A stretch of DNA of 64,000 nt from Ostrea edulis (lineage: Eukaryota). Shown here in pieces: positions 1 through 13,175 of this stretch. The position numbers and the translations under genes were made by a program. The stretch spans positions 10,788,001-10,852,000 of the forward strand of contig NC_079171.1 of assembly GCF_947568905.1 (NCBI RefSeq). The letters run 5' to 3'. The number at the start of each line of letters is the position of its first letter. Position 1 is the first letter of the stretch. The notes beneath the pieces were generated by a model, which saw only the letters and a list, made by a program, of their open reading frames with translations, made no database searches and was not told the origin of the DNA.

Positions 1-118
1 TTTATGAAGGTCGTTAGAAATTAAACATACAGACTAGACCTATATGTATACACAGACAAGGGAAGGGTCATTATCGGACCCTTGGGGTTCCGACCCCTTT
101 TTATAAAGTGAAGTGCAC

Positions 119-383
119 TCCCGTGGGGATCCGGGTTAGAATAGGTCCTCAGAACCTCTTGCTTATCGTAGGAGGCGACTAAATGGGGCGGTCCTTCGGA
201 TGAGACTGCAAACACTGAGGTCCCGTGTCACAGCAGGTGTGGCACGACAAAGATCCCTCCCTGCCCAATGGCCGTAAGCGCCGAGTATAGGCCTAAAATT
301 TGTAGCCCTTCACCGGCAATGGTGACGTCTCCATATTAGTGAAAATTTACGAGAGGGAAGTTAAACAATATAAAAATCAATCA
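119..383 (+). mobile_element. SINE-like element family A (non-tRNA head), full length
   Basis: Head CCCGTGGGGATCCGGGTTAGAATAGGTCC, central GGTCCCGTGTCACAGCAGGTGTGGCACG, tail GGTGACGTCTCCATA...CAATCA; about 11 homologous copies elsewhere in the window. Confidence 0.85.
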
Positions 384-1639
384 TCATAAAGTGTAATATC
401 AATAATAATTTTTAATAAATGATCTAGATTATACATCATCACGTAAAGACAGAAGTTATCATATGTTTACATGCCTAAACGGAAAAAATATATATAAATG
501 ACAAACGCATGTGGAAAATAAATTTCAAGTCATTTTAGGGACAATTGAGCCCATGATTTGTTTGAAATTTATACAAATAAGTGAATAGATATGTCATTAG
601 TGTTACAGCTTATTTTACAACAATGATTAAACGCCGGAGTACGTACATATCCATGGTTTGATGCAGGGTAAAATTTCCTATACTTGTGTGCAATTTTATT
701 TTCATTTTATGATTTCCTTTTATCAATATAATTTCATTTTCTTATTCATTTTTTTTAATCCGTTGAAGATAGTTTACTTATTGATGGAAATTTGGCTCAC
801 ATGAGCAGATCGATACATGGCATTTAAAATTCTAAAATGTAATTCTTTTATGTTTTTTCTTATATCACCCCCCCCCCAACCCAATTTTAGTTACATGAAA
901 GTCAATAAAAAATATTCTATCAATTGTTTAAACATTCTAGGAATTTTCTTTACGTTACACTAGAGATCGGGCTCAAAATTTCCATTATTTTTGTTGACAA
1001 CTTGCATGGGTTACTGCAGACGATAAGGATATGTTTAAAACCATGAAGAAATAATGAATGAATATTTCTTTCCATTATAGGATTAATTTTAAATCTACCT
1101 CCATAGAGAAAAGAGTTCTAAAAAGTCAGACGTAAATCGCAATCGTAAGTGTTACGACTACGTTAGGTTTCGTGAAACGCTCGTATACGTGCGAGTCAAA
1201 TGATCTTAAACGTAATCGTACGTTTACGATCTACGATCGCTTAGTGAAACGGCCGCCTGGTTCCTAACTTTACGTAACAATTGTTCATGTGATACCTATA
1301 GCTATGATTTCTATATTGCTTCGACAATGCTTTAGGTTTGCACTCCGTCCGTCTGTCCATTTGTCCGTATGTCCGTCAGATCAATATTCCGCACGTTTTT
1401 CTCTCTTCTTGCAGATGAGTTTTGTATATTTGGTACATTGTTTTGCCATATTTAGTATCGGTCCTTTGATTAAAGTTATGTCCCTTGGACTCAAAAAACG
1501 AGCATGGACCTTTAGTTTATATCCAGGTTTCTTATTTCTGTAGATAAGAGTACTACACTCATTTTAATTTCTAGCATAGTTAATACAATAAAGTAGCTAA
1601 ATTATTCGTGATCACTTACATTTCACAGTTCATTGGCAA

Positions 1640-1930
1640 TTTGAATGTCAGTTGTCGAGGTATATGGGAGATACAGGCCTCACTTTTTTTGTTTGTTATG
1701 TAAACAAGGTTCGTGTCATGTGTATGTTTACATAGGTTGGATAAACTAGTAAATGTTTCGTTTAATGTAGATTTTCCAGTGTTTGACACCTCTCGTTTTC
1801 TTTTACACATTATATTTTCTGTTGAGCAATCTATATGTAAACAAAAACATGACACGAGCCTTGTTTACATAATAAAGAATTGCGAGTGCTGTATCTCACC
1901 TGTAACTCAACAACTGATACTCAAATTGTG
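1640..1930. mobile_element. Degenerate MITE/foldback with about 100-bp inverted arms
   Basis: TTATGTAAACAAGGTTCGTGTCATG near 1696 is the reverse complement of CATGACACGAGCCTTGTTTACATAA near 1847; similarity extends outward to AATTTGAATGTCAGTTG / CAACTGATACTCAAATT. Confidence 0.7.
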
Positions 1931-2515
1931 GTTGACCATTAGATATACTTTAGTTACGCGTTGTAAACAATAAAAATGGCAAAATAAAATTAGAAAAAAT
2001 TTCCAGCTCAAATCGTGTCCATGTGCCTTTAAAGACTGAAACCTAATTATAAATGTGTCTTTTTCAGGTCTAGTTTTTGTACCTGAAGAGTAGTTGATTT
2101 CCAACCACCCCTATCCCGGTTCTCCAACACACACACCCCCCCCCCCCTTTACCATAACCTGCATAATGAATTTTGAATATGGTTACGCCCCAGTAATTCT
2201 GCGAGCGGTAGGAGACTATGTATTACCATGCTCTCAACATGTCTGTTCCTTGAGACACTTTTTACTGATTTGCACCAAATGACTGCATATATTTTCTTTT
2301 TGTGTTGTAATATTGCAATGCATTTCTTTGCATCCGTCCTAAATTCTAATAATTCAGTTAAACTTCTAAAATGATAGACGAATTGTTAACATACACCTCG
2401 ACACAATTATACATCTAGATACCGCCATTGAATTAGACACCACCACACACATCAACGCAAACACATCAACAGTCATTAACATTGACACCTCTATACACCT
2501 AAATACACGAATGTA

Positions 2516-2812
2516 AGTGAAGATAACGAACAGTGATCAATCTCGTAACTCCTGCAATCAATACAAAATAGATAGTTGGGCAAACACGGACCCCTGGACA
2601 CACCAGAGGTGGGATCAGGTGTCTAAGAGGAGTAAGCATCTCCTGTCGACCGGTCATACCCGCCGTGAGCCCTATATCCTGATCAGGTAAACGGAGTTAT
2701 CCGTAGTCAAAAGCAGTGTGCGAAGAACGGCCTCACAATCGGTATGAAACACGTCAGACAGCATTTAATCAACTGAGAGGTTGTATTGTTAAGCTAGATG
2801 TACATCGTAATA
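2516..2812 (-). mobile_element. Penelope-like element 3' end (family B)
   Basis: GTGAAGATAACGAACAGTGATCAATCTC...CCAGAGGTGGGATCAGGTG...GGAGTAAGCATC matches the other family B copies. Confidence 0.85.
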
Positions 2813-3092
2813 ACGATATAACGCTACATGTGTGCATATAGACACACATAAACATACACCTAGACACAGGAAACTATCATTAACATTATGTATTATTTAA
2901 TACAAAGTTGCAATCTGATTTTAATTAGATTCTATGATCCGCTCACGTTGATCGCTATACTAAGGATCCCTAGATCCGTGTGGTCGTATCCTACAGGGTC
3001 TGATTTTAATCATATTGTGCAAAGTTGTTGGCAAGAAGATTCCGGAAATTCCTTTGATTATCATTGTTTTTGTATTATCTCATTTTCCTTAA

Positions 3093-3593
3093 AGGAACTG
3101 GTTCACGATTTAAAAAAAAATGTTTTGCATTTTTGATGTTAAACATTTAAAATATACCTCATTTAATGTTGACGGCCAAAATTTTGACCTTCTGAATGCA
3201 AGGATGAAAGCACAATTTTAGCCTTAAATCTCAATCATAGGCTCGAGTCTTTTTATGTATAGAAACACACCATAGAAATATTAATTTTGTACTATAAAGC
3301 ATCTTGATTTTCCCTAGTCACAAATTTTAAGTTTTAGGTGACACATTCTACCCTTAGAATGCTTGAAATGTGAAAGATATAATAAACTTCGATCGATAAC
3401 CATTTCTTTTGAAAATTTCTTAAACAATAACATACTGCAATCTTTGTTTACAAAACAAATAACAAACTCTTTAAAAAGTGAGATTCTGTGATCATGGATA
3501 ACCTTAATTTATATGGTAAATCTTTTAAGTAGTAGGTTTTGATCATTAAAAGTAAAAAACAAAATGTTGGGGGCAAATCGTGAATCAGTCCCT
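3093..3593. mobile_element. Kolobok-like non-autonomous DNA transposon (MITE)
   Basis: TIRs AGGAACTGGTTCACGATTT and AAATCGTGAATCAGTCCCT (17/19 match), flanked by TTAA at 3089-3092 and 3594-3597; TTAA TSD with purine-purine termini is the Kolobok pattern. Confidence 0.75.
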
Positions 3594-5279
3594 TTAATAC
3601 GAATAATTATCAAAAATATATTTTCTAAAATAAAAGTCAGAACCACGAATCATGACAACCATGATTTACGATATTTTCTAATTATCTAATTCCGTTGATG
3701 AGTATATAATGTTTGATAATCATAACTTCCCGATAACATTTCACTGTCCACGAATTCATATAACATGATGTCGATATTTTTATTTTTTTTTTTAGTTTGT
3801 GTTAATGTGAACAAATATTCTGTTTTTCACTCGTATTTGATAATAAAACGGTCATTTATGATTTACAGAAATATTAAAATAAAAACTTCACGAAGAAAGC
3901 TAACTTATCATAATAAGAAATTATGTAATTCTCGTCGGTTTCCTCGAAGAACCTTTATTTTTTTTAACAAAACCACTTTAGATATATTTCTAAGTATAGT
4001 CATTCTCTGTGATAAATCGTTATTTATTAACTGCGTTACATATTTTTCTCTCTCACTTCACCACGAAATGATAAATCACGGATGCTAATTAACTCCCTCG
4101 TAAAACCAAAAAGCTACAGATCTAATTAACTCCCTCGTAAACCAGAAAGTTACAAATACACCGTGTTGATTGCATACGTGTAATTGCGGTTCCCCCGATT
4201 ATAAAATATGCCTTTTGTAATACCACCACATTGACCTCGAACTACAAATGGCATGTCATGGTGTGACCTTTTAACATAGTGGGGAGACTATTCTTTCAAA
4301 CAAATATGTTATTGAATGGAGAATGGATCGGTTATGATAATTGGGATATATATATTATTTTATATTTATAGCGATTAAAATTCAGCTTGACTTCCCTCCC
4401 CCTCCCACTCGGGGGACAACAGAGGACATTACAATTGCAAAAAAACCTTTCAAGGTGCGTTAGGTGTAAACAGACAGAGAATTTGAGCCCCGTGCTTTGC
4501 ACTTGGTGTCGCACAATGTTTTTCTTCATGGAAAACACTCCTAAATTCGTCCATTTTCTTCAAGTAGAGGTACATGTTGTCGTAAAATAGAGTTAGTGTG
4601 TATTTGTGTCTTGCAGTTTTTACGAAACTATGCCCGCTGTTAGCTCTGTTAAAATCACACATTACTAGCGACATCTACATATGAAAAAAAAAATTATCAA
4701 AAGTTTGATATTTTCGGAACCCCTACATGCATTTCGTTATAATTCAGTTTAAAATATTTCAGGTTTCGCTATCAGGTTTTTTGTTTTTTTTTTTGTTTTT
4801 TTTTATACAGTTTTTATAAAGTTTTTTTTTCCTGCCGATCTAGACAGACGTCCGCCATGGAAGTTACGAACATTGACAAAACTTACTGAAGGTCCATCTA
4901 TGTTGAGATCAAGTTCCTGAGGTCATTTCTGCTTCCGGTCCACAAGAAAATGTATCTCCCTTTATTTTTAAATTTTTGTTTTGGAACACTCAATGTTAGT
5001 ATAGTCCTCTTTTGCCTCTACTGAACGAATTGTATCAATAAAGTCTACACCAATGCTATCATTAGTACCGCGAGTCACGAGGTATTACCGTGGAATCATA
5101 AAGTGGTGGCTCCATTTTCGAAAAGGTTATAACGACAGTTAAATCGCAACGAAATATACAATTTTCATGATGTTACGGTATACAAAAACAAAATCACAAT
5201 TCATCGGAACTGGAAAATCTCCACAATTCATTAAAATTGGCTCCCTTAAATTCCCATCACGTTACAGTATATGTTTCAA

Positions 5280-5460
5280 TCAGGGCTCATGGAGGATGTG
5301 ACCGGTCAACAGGGGATGAGGCTTACTCCTCCTAGGCTCCTGATCCCACCTCTGGTATATCCAGAGGTTCGTATAAAAAATTGCCCAACTCTTTATTTTG
5401 TTTTCCTTAAAGGAGTTGTGAGATTGATCAATGTTCGTTATTTTTCGCCTTTTCATTATA
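5280..5460 (+). mobile_element. Penelope-like element 3' end (family B)
   Basis: GTGACCGGTCAACAGGGGATG...CTTACTCCTCCTAGG...GAGATTGATCA. Confidence 0.8.
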
Positions 5461-6704
5461 TCAAAACAATTTTAGTAAGATTTAAGCTCTGATATATGTA
5501 AGTTTAAATTCAGAATTAAAGAATACGGGTGTTAATTATGTATTTGAAATGAATGTTTGTACGTTACGTTAACTCTATTAATCATCAAAATATCTGTCAG
5601 GAAACGCAAGTTCGCGCAATTTCATTTTAACTCAAGTTTATTTTTGTTCAAGATCTCGGTAAATTGCTTTCTATTAATGGACGCCGTGTGAAAACACACC
5701 GTTTGTACTCATGAAATACGATGTCATGTTTGTAATCATCTTCCGGTCATTCATACATTTTTTAAGTTTCAATTCCTATTTCAATCAGTGAAATCAACAT
5801 TGACGTGTTTCACAACGGATATTAGGCATGTAAATTGCTTTCTTTTTTCACAGACGCGCAGAAGAGAAGAAAACGCATCGTTTGTTTCCTTTCTTCGGAA
5901 CTCCTAGGTAATTAATGGCGATGTTTTTGTATGTTTTTCATTTGTTGAATAAAACCAAAAAATCATTGGACATGACCGTCTAAGACTCATTGTTCATGAA
6001 CGGGGAGAGCCATCACGTGACCTCGTCCGTTACAATACATCGCGCCAAGCCGTGGATTGTCACGTGGTTTGTCTTTCTTCAGTTGAAGTTTACGAATTCT
6101 TTCAATTTTATTAAATAATATAAGACCAGAATTTGATAACTTATTATCAAGTCTTTATCTCTTTTTTTTTAAAATTTTATTTTACATAATTGAACTACCT
6201 TCCCTTGTAAATTGGTTGTTCGGGCACCTGCTGAGGTGTGTACCTATATAAAAAAAATATATTAATGAATATTAACGAAAATTAAATACGGTTATATTAT
6301 AAATGATAATAATAATAAGACTTTATATATACAACTTTACCCGATCAGTGTATTTGTAAGACATAACATATTTACAATATGCATACATGTATAAAAAGCA
6401 GATTTTAAAATGTGTATCAGAAGTATAAACTTTAAACGCTATACAACGAATGGATTAGAACATTGTGATTTTATAGCCATGTAGAGCTAAGCATGGTATA
6501 CATGTCATGTAAAGCTAAACATGGTATACATGTCCACATGTATAAACTTTTCAATGTTACATTTAGACATTGCACGACATTGGGCTTGTCTTATACTAAT
6601 AAACAACTCGTTCCTGATAATGATTCCTGAAAACTGCAGATAATTTTAAAATGAGTTTGTTTTGTGTATCGGGAGAAAAAGTTCTGAATTCGAATCCCAA
6701 GTGT

Positions 6705-6960
6705 AAAACATATGAATCCGGATTTTTAAATTTAAAAACATCACGAATATAATGAAGAGGTTTTGAACAATGGAATACTTTTCTGTGAATAACGTAATTC
6801 ATAAAGAAAAATTAACTTTAAAAAAAAAAACATGTATGAAATATGTATGAATCCGGATTTTTACATTTAAAAACATCGTGAATATAATCAAAAGACATAC
6901 CATGAAATTTAAACAATGGAATACTTTCCTGTAAATAAAGTAATTTATGGGGAAAAAATT
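6705..6960. repeat. Two-copy tandem duplication, about 136 bp
   Basis: TATGAATCCGGATTTTTA...AAAAACATC...AACAATGGAATACTT occurs at about 6711 and 6847. Confidence 0.75.
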
Positions 6961-7007
6961 TACAATTCTTTTTTTTTATACTTAAAAGCATACTTTTTAA
7001 ATTATTT

Positions 7008-7172
7008 AAGAAATAAATTCCAGTTCGAAAAATACACGAATGCATGAACTGCAATGTTTCACGCCGACATAGGTCATGGAGTGCGGTCGAGTTACCTTAA
7101 TGAATAATACTGAAGTGAAGCATCGTAGTTTATACCTTCATGTATTTTTTTTTTTTAAATGAAATTTATTTT
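7008..7172. mobile_element. Short hairpin MITE (family H)
   Basis: Left arm AAAATACACGAATGCATGAACTGCAATG, right arm GCATCGTAGTTTATACCTTCATGTATTTT; homologues near 39805, 44008 and 56608. Confidence 0.6.
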
Positions 7173-7926
7173 TCATATTTACATTCCACATTCATTTCTG
7201 TCGTTATTCCTAGTCTGTAGGATAGACACACTAAATGTCTGTAATCCATACGCGGGCCGTTTACAACTACAGCGCGTTAATGGGAAAATGTATACATGTA
7301 TCACTTTTAATTTGTAAAGATATCATAGGCAAATGAATTGAATACGTAAATATTTTTGAAATATAATTAGCAAAAGCCCAGTTAAATCTGGAAGGAAACA
7401 ATTTTAAATTCAAATTCAACAACTTTACTGAAAAATGTAGTAATATTATTATTATATTCTTACATTTAATAGTATTTTGAAATTTTGGGGCAATTTTCCA
7501 AACTAAGATAATCTTTCATAGCATTACAAAGGTATTTATACTTATATGTATTTACACCTCAATGTTATCAGAACGTCTCCGTCTCTCTCTATATATATAT
7601 GTAGAACGGCCCTGTGGAAAATTATAAAGGAAAACACTTAATGAAATGCACATGTTGTTAACAATGTTTGAAAAATCTGTTTGGCTGTCTAAAATTGTGC
7701 AGACTTCTTCCATTATGTGGGCCTTATGTACGTTATAATTTGTTTATGTCGTTTTTGTTTGTATAATTTTATTTTCATTTGGCAGTTTCAGGTGTATCCA
7801 TGATTTTTACATTTTTTGTTGATAACTCCATTTCATACTCAGACTCAAATTGAAGTGCCCTTATTTAAAACATAAAACTGCGAAATTTTAATTTATCTTA
7901 ATGTGAAATTAGAACGACAGCAAAAC

Positions 7927-7927
<1 letters not shown>

Positions 7928-7997
<70 letters not shown>
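7928..7997. repeat. (CT)n microsatellite, about 35 units
   Basis: Directly visible. Confidence 0.98.
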
Positions 7998-8000
<3 letters not shown>

Positions 8001-8477
8001 TTTGAGATCCACTAAAATTTCTTAAGGAATTTATGCTATGAAGTTTGCTTTTTCACATTACATTCTATTATCGTAATAGTATGTGTATTGCATCAGTCCA
8101 CAAAGAATATACCGTATACACACAACTTCTCGATATTATTCCGCTTACCTTATTAAATGTTTCATCGATTATGATAAGAAAGATTTTTTTGCTAGTTTTC
8201 CATCGTATTAATCACATAAAATCACTCCGATAATCACAGCACTGTGGGCGTGTCTATCTGAGTGGTATCTGATAATTGACATGCATATTTTATGTGAATA
8301 AATCAAACTTCAAACCTAAATCCGAAAGACAATTACTATTTTTGAGACGCCCCAGCTAAAGAAAAAAAAATGAGGAGGTTTTTGAACCACCCCCCGTGAC
8401 GGAGAAGAGAATAAAAGTCAAAAGTTGGACCATTGTGTAATAGTGTTAGTAAAGAGTTGCTTAAGAAACTTAAAACC

Positions 8478-8588
8478 ATGAACACAGTTTTGTTAATTTC
8501 TTGCTTTTCCATATTGGAAGTGACCTCCTTATCACTATTTAAACGGTCATGTACCGTGACAATAGATTCGGACTTTGTGACCGATCGG
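8478..8588 (+). CDS. Lipocalin-family protein, coding exon 1 (putative signal peptide; MNTVLLISCFSILEVTSLSLFKRSCTVTIDSDFVTDR)
   Basis: AAAACC-ATG context, hydrophobic N-terminus, C-x5-D-x-F-x3-R segment preceding the lipocalin GxW motif, donor CGG|GTGAGT, phase 0. Confidence 0.8.
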
Positions 8589-9139
8589 GTGAGTAGTTTT
8601 TGCAACAATATGTTTGCATCTTTTTATTTTTCTTTGTCTGCAAATGTTAAGTAATAGGGTGAGGTCAATGTAACGTTATCTTATTTTTATTTTAATCACG
8701 AAGTACTTAAAGTTGATCCAGAAATTAAAAAAATAATCATCTTGATAGCGGATGATAAAATAAAATTTTAATAAAAAATGAGGCACTAAATCATAAAAAC
8801 GTATTATGATAAAAAATTGCGTCCTTTCAGCAAGGAGATTAAAATCGTTATAGGTATAGATATGTTAATTATAATTAATAATAATACAATGCAATAATGA
8901 TAATAAAACGACCAAATTGTGGCTTGTCAAGGTTTGACACCAATCCATTTCTCGACTTCAATGCTTGTCAACAGACACATAGAAACATGCACTGGGGATA
9001 CTTACGTAAGGCATTTTGTTGTAGTCGGCAGGTATCGTATACTCGTGTGATAGAAAATTCATACCATCGAAAATACGTGATAATCTTAGAGAAATGTATA
9101 CCGTATTCGATAATGAATCTGAATTTGACTGTTTTTTAC

Positions 9140-9172
<33 letters not shown>

Positions 9173-9473
9173 TTGGCATTTTAAAACAAATGTAAAAAAA
9201 AAAAGAAAAGAAAAAAAAAGAAAAGAAACAACTATCTCGATAGGTTTTTAAAAAATGTAATATTTTTTTTGGGGGGTGGGGGTAAAGTAAACTGTAAGAC
9301 TTCATGGTAATTGATAGTTTACCTGATATAAGCGTGAGCGTGCGAATATTTCAACAATTGAATCTCGTAACAACACCAGGTCTCTATTAGAACTTCAAAC
9401 ATCTTCATAAAACCGCAGATACTAGCTGGATTTTTTTTTATCCGTCACAGCCACGCATAAGACATACGTAACA

Positions 9474-9790
9474 TTGTTATTGACCGTCCAGATACAATAT
9501 AATTATGTTATTCACCGTCCAGATACAATATAATTATGTTATTGACCGTCCAGATACGATATAATTATGTTATTCACCGTCCAGATACAATATAATTATG
9601 TTATTGACCGTCCAGATACGATATAATTATGTTATTCACCCTCCAGATACAATGTAATTATGTTATTGACCGTCTCGATACAATATACTTATGTTATTGA
9701 CCGTCCCTATGCAATATACTTATGTTATTGACCGTCTCGATACAATATAACTATGTTGTTGACCGTCCCGATACATTATGTTTATGCTAT
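9474..9790. repeat. 31-bp minisatellite, about 10 copies (lipocalin intron 1)
   Basis: Unit TTATTGACCGTCCAGATACAATATAATTATG, period 31. Confidence 0.92.
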
Positions 9791-9799
9791 TGATCTTGG

Positions 9800-10280
9800 C
9801 GCCTCACTGTGGCTCGTTATGCCATTGTGTTGTGAATTGTAGTATCGCATCATTGTACCACCTCGTGGCTCGTTTTGCGGCCTCGTTCTGACTTGTTGCA
9901 CCTTGCTTAGCCGCCTCGTTGCGGTTCCCTTTGCCGCCTCGCTCTGACATGCTGCTCCTTATTGTTGTTCGTTTAGCCGCCTCGTTGCTGTTCGTTTAGC
10001 CGAGGCTTGTTGCACCTCGTTTATAGCCACCTGGTTGTGGTTTTTATTTTGCCGCCTCGTTGTGGCTCCTTTTGTCGCCTCGTTGTGGTTCGTTTTCGCC
10101 TCGTTGTGCTTTGTTTTGCCGCCTGGCTCAGGCTTGTTGCACCTCGTTTAACCACCTGGTTGTGGTTTTTATTTTGCCGCCTCGTTGTGGCTCCTTTTGT
10201 CGCCTCGTTATGGTTCGTTTTCGCCTCGATGTGGTTTGTTTTGCTGCCTCGTTCTGACTTGCTGCACCTCGTTGTGGCTC
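9800..10280. repeat. Degenerate about 20-bp GCCTCGTTGTGG repeat with a 127-bp internal duplication
   Basis: Recurring GCCTCGTT(G/C)TGG; GGCTTGTTGCACCTCG at 10004 and 10131. Confidence 0.8.
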
Positions 10281-11957
10281 GTCATTGTGGGATGTCCAGG
10301 AAGGTGCATTCTACAGCGTGTAACGTGGAATGTTTGACACCATGTGGATGTGTCAACAACGACAAGTGTAAATGAATTGAATCCTAAAATACTTCACAAT
10401 GCATGTGCCTCACACACCTTTAATTGTCAATGCCAAATATAGCGACCAGCTGACATTACTCAGAGCTCTATGACCCGTGTTATATTTTGTGCTTAATCTC
10501 GTATCCACACACTTCTTAATTCATAATGACACGAATTTATGGGCTCGCTGTAGTGTAACACATATCTTGTTTTATTTCCTGTTATATTTTTCCCTTCCCT
10601 TAGAATAAATGAGCGAAAATTTCTAATGTGAAAGGTATTTTTTCTGCACAAAATTAGATTATCCTTGATATGGAATCAAGTGACACATTTTGCCTGTATA
10701 TTATATCATTTTTGACATGCTTGTAATCAGAAACTTTCAGTGAATATTACAATATTACGCAGACTTTCTCATTGCACTCTTTTCAAACTAATGAGTTTCA
10801 AAAATTACGCTAATAATGTTTGACGACGTATCTGAAAGTCTAAAGTTTTACAAAATGTATACCCATTTGAGAGCGACTAGGTGGTTTTTTTCTTTCTTTT
10901 TTATGTACATTTTTTTTCATTCTATTTATCTATTTCTCTATTCTAATTTTTTTTTAATCATTTGGTATTTTGATGAACACTCAAAAACCGCGTGTCGTAT
11001 TCTTTATAAATCGGCGTCTGGAAATTCAGTCACGAAATCAAAACAGTTCACCTGATGCGTTAAATAAGACCGGCAGTTTATGACATGCATTAATGCTAAC
11101 CTACAAATATCGTGCTAACAGGCTGTCAAATTATAAAGCCTGACTACACCACGGCATCGCATCGCTTGTTTCATATTTCATTAACACCCAGACTCCGCTG
11201 TGTGTGGCTCGTCTGCTAACCTGAATCTACTATTTTAGTTTTTAAAAATGTTCATTGTCTGCCGTCTATTTATAAATCGACGAAAACAACCTCAGTTATT
11301 TTTAATCACACATTTCCTTTACCTTTTTAAATATATTTTTTATCTTCATGTTTGCGGAACTCTATTTTGAAATTGATGTGTCTTTACAAATCAACATTTT
11401 CGAATGGCTCATCACTTTTGTTAAGATATTTTGATAACTTTTAGAATATCCCCAGGGTCCTATTCGCCCGCAGTATCATTTTCTATAACCGCTTTCTTGA
11501 TTAAGGACATATTTTCCAGTTCCTATATCTACATTTGGTGACATGGAATAAGATAAATTAAACCAAAATAATTAAAATCAAACTACTTATCGCCATTAAC
11601 CAATGAAAAACTCAGTTCCCCTGCGTCACACACACACTAATCTTATTAGTAAGACAATATTGTCCTGTATAGTATAAAACCATAAATTACATGAATTATT
11701 TTTGGCAATATTTTCTATTTCTAAATTACAAAATACCATAGATTCTCAACAAAACCGTCAGGAAACTTTCAATCGCAAACATATATAATATGTCATTTAA
11801 ATCAGAAAAAACCCATGCATTTTTTATTAATTAGAAAATAAGCAGATTTATGGCTAAATATATAATACTTCTACTTTTAGTATAGCACAAATCATGTTAA
11901 TTCTCTCGTAACACAATTAGAACTAATTAATTTTCACGGATCATTTCCTGTATTTAG

Positions 11958-12082
11958 TTTCTCGGGGACTGGTACATGGTGAAAAGGAAGCCAACCGGAG
12001 CCAATAAAATATCCGTACAGAAGTATGCATGGCACGTGACCAGGGGCCAGGGCAACGTCCTCAACGTCCGACAAACGGGAAG
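11958..12082 (+). CDS. Lipocalin exon 2 (FLGDWYMVKRKPTGANKISVQKYAWHVTRGQGNVLNVRQTG)
   Basis: Acceptor TTTCCTGTATTTAG|, lipocalin SCR1 motif FLGDWY, donor AG|GTAAAG, phases 0 to 2. Confidence 0.88.
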
Positions 12083-12189
12083 GTAAAGCGTTATTTCTGT
12101 CAAACGTAAAATTAAGTCTTCTCTCCATTGGGTTTAATAATGGACTTCAAAAAAATGAGATTTTCAACCTTCAATCTGGCTTTCATTAT

Positions 12190-12852
12190 GCAATTCTTAA
12201 ATTCGGATTTTACTACGCATTCTTAAATCTAAAGCTTGAATTTTAAAATGCATTCTTAAATTTGGAACTTGAATTTTAAGATGCATTTTTAAATCTAGAA
12301 TTTAAATTTTAAGATGCATTCTTAAATCTAGAGTTTGGATTTTAACATGCATTTTTAAATATAAAGTTTGGATTTTTAAATGCATTCTTAAATCTAAAGT
12401 TTGGATTTTAAGATGCATTCTTAAATCTAGAGTTTAGATTTCAAGATGCATTCTTAAATCTAGACTTTGGATTTTAAGATATATTCTTAAATCTAGACGT
12501 TGGATTTTAAGATACATTCTTAAATCTAGAGATTGAATTTTAAGATGCATTATGAAGTATAGACTTTGGATTTTAAGATACATTCTTAAATCTAGAGGTT
12601 AGATTTTAAGATGCATTCTTAAACCTAGAGTTTGGATTTTAAGATGCATTCTGAAATGTTGAATTTGGATTTTTTATGTATTCTTAAATCTAGAGGTTGG
12701 ATTTTAAGATGCATTATTAAATCTAGAGGTTGGATTTTAAGATGCATTCTTAAATCTAGAGGTTGGATTTTAAGATGCATTCTTTAATCTAGAGGTTGGA
12801 TTTTAAGATGCATTCTTAAATCTAGTGGTTGGATTTTAAGATGCATTCTTCA
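12190..12852. repeat. 33-bp minisatellite, about 20 copies (lipocalin intron 2)
   Basis: Unit ATCTAGAGGTTGGATTTTAAGATGCATTCTTAA, period 33 (12721 to 12754); more diverged toward the 5' side. Confidence 0.92.
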
Positions 12853-13022
12853 AAAATCGACACATATATATCTTATAAGCAACGAGAACGTTTTACTATT
12901 ATTTATTTTTTTATTACAGATTTACCATTGACGGAGTACGCAAACCTTTATTTATCTTTATATTTATTTATTTATTGTTTTTTTTATTCATTTATTGGTT
13001 TTTATTTATTTATTTATTACAG

Positions 13023-13120
13023 ATTTACCATTGACGGAGTGCACAAACCTTGCTTTAATAAGAGCGCAACACTGACCCCAGGGGCGAACAACGGGGAATT
13101 TATCTGGCAATCCAAGACGA
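13023..13120 (+). CDS. Lipocalin exon 3 (R-FTIDGVHKPCFNKSATLTPGANNGEFIWQSKT)
   Basis: Acceptor TTATTACAG|, donor GA|GTAAGC, 98 bp, phases 2 to 1, in frame with exons 2 and 4. Confidence 0.85.
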
Positions 13121-13175
13121 GTAAGCACCTATTCATTCTAGCAACTCTAGTGAAAATAACATACTTATTCCAGTG

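Noticed and set aside
119-215. Canonical HDV, hammerhead or twister ribozyme call for the family A head
   Set aside because: P1/P1.1 pairing or the catalytic core could not be completed by eye; kept only as an untyped candidate
1125-1258. Possible transposon terminus (reverse strand GGCCGTTTCACTAAGCGATCGTAG)
   Set aside because: No matching second terminus or TSD found in the window
10007-10375. 122-aa hydrophobic ORF
   Set aside because: Translation of the degenerate 20-bp/127-bp repeat in intron 1
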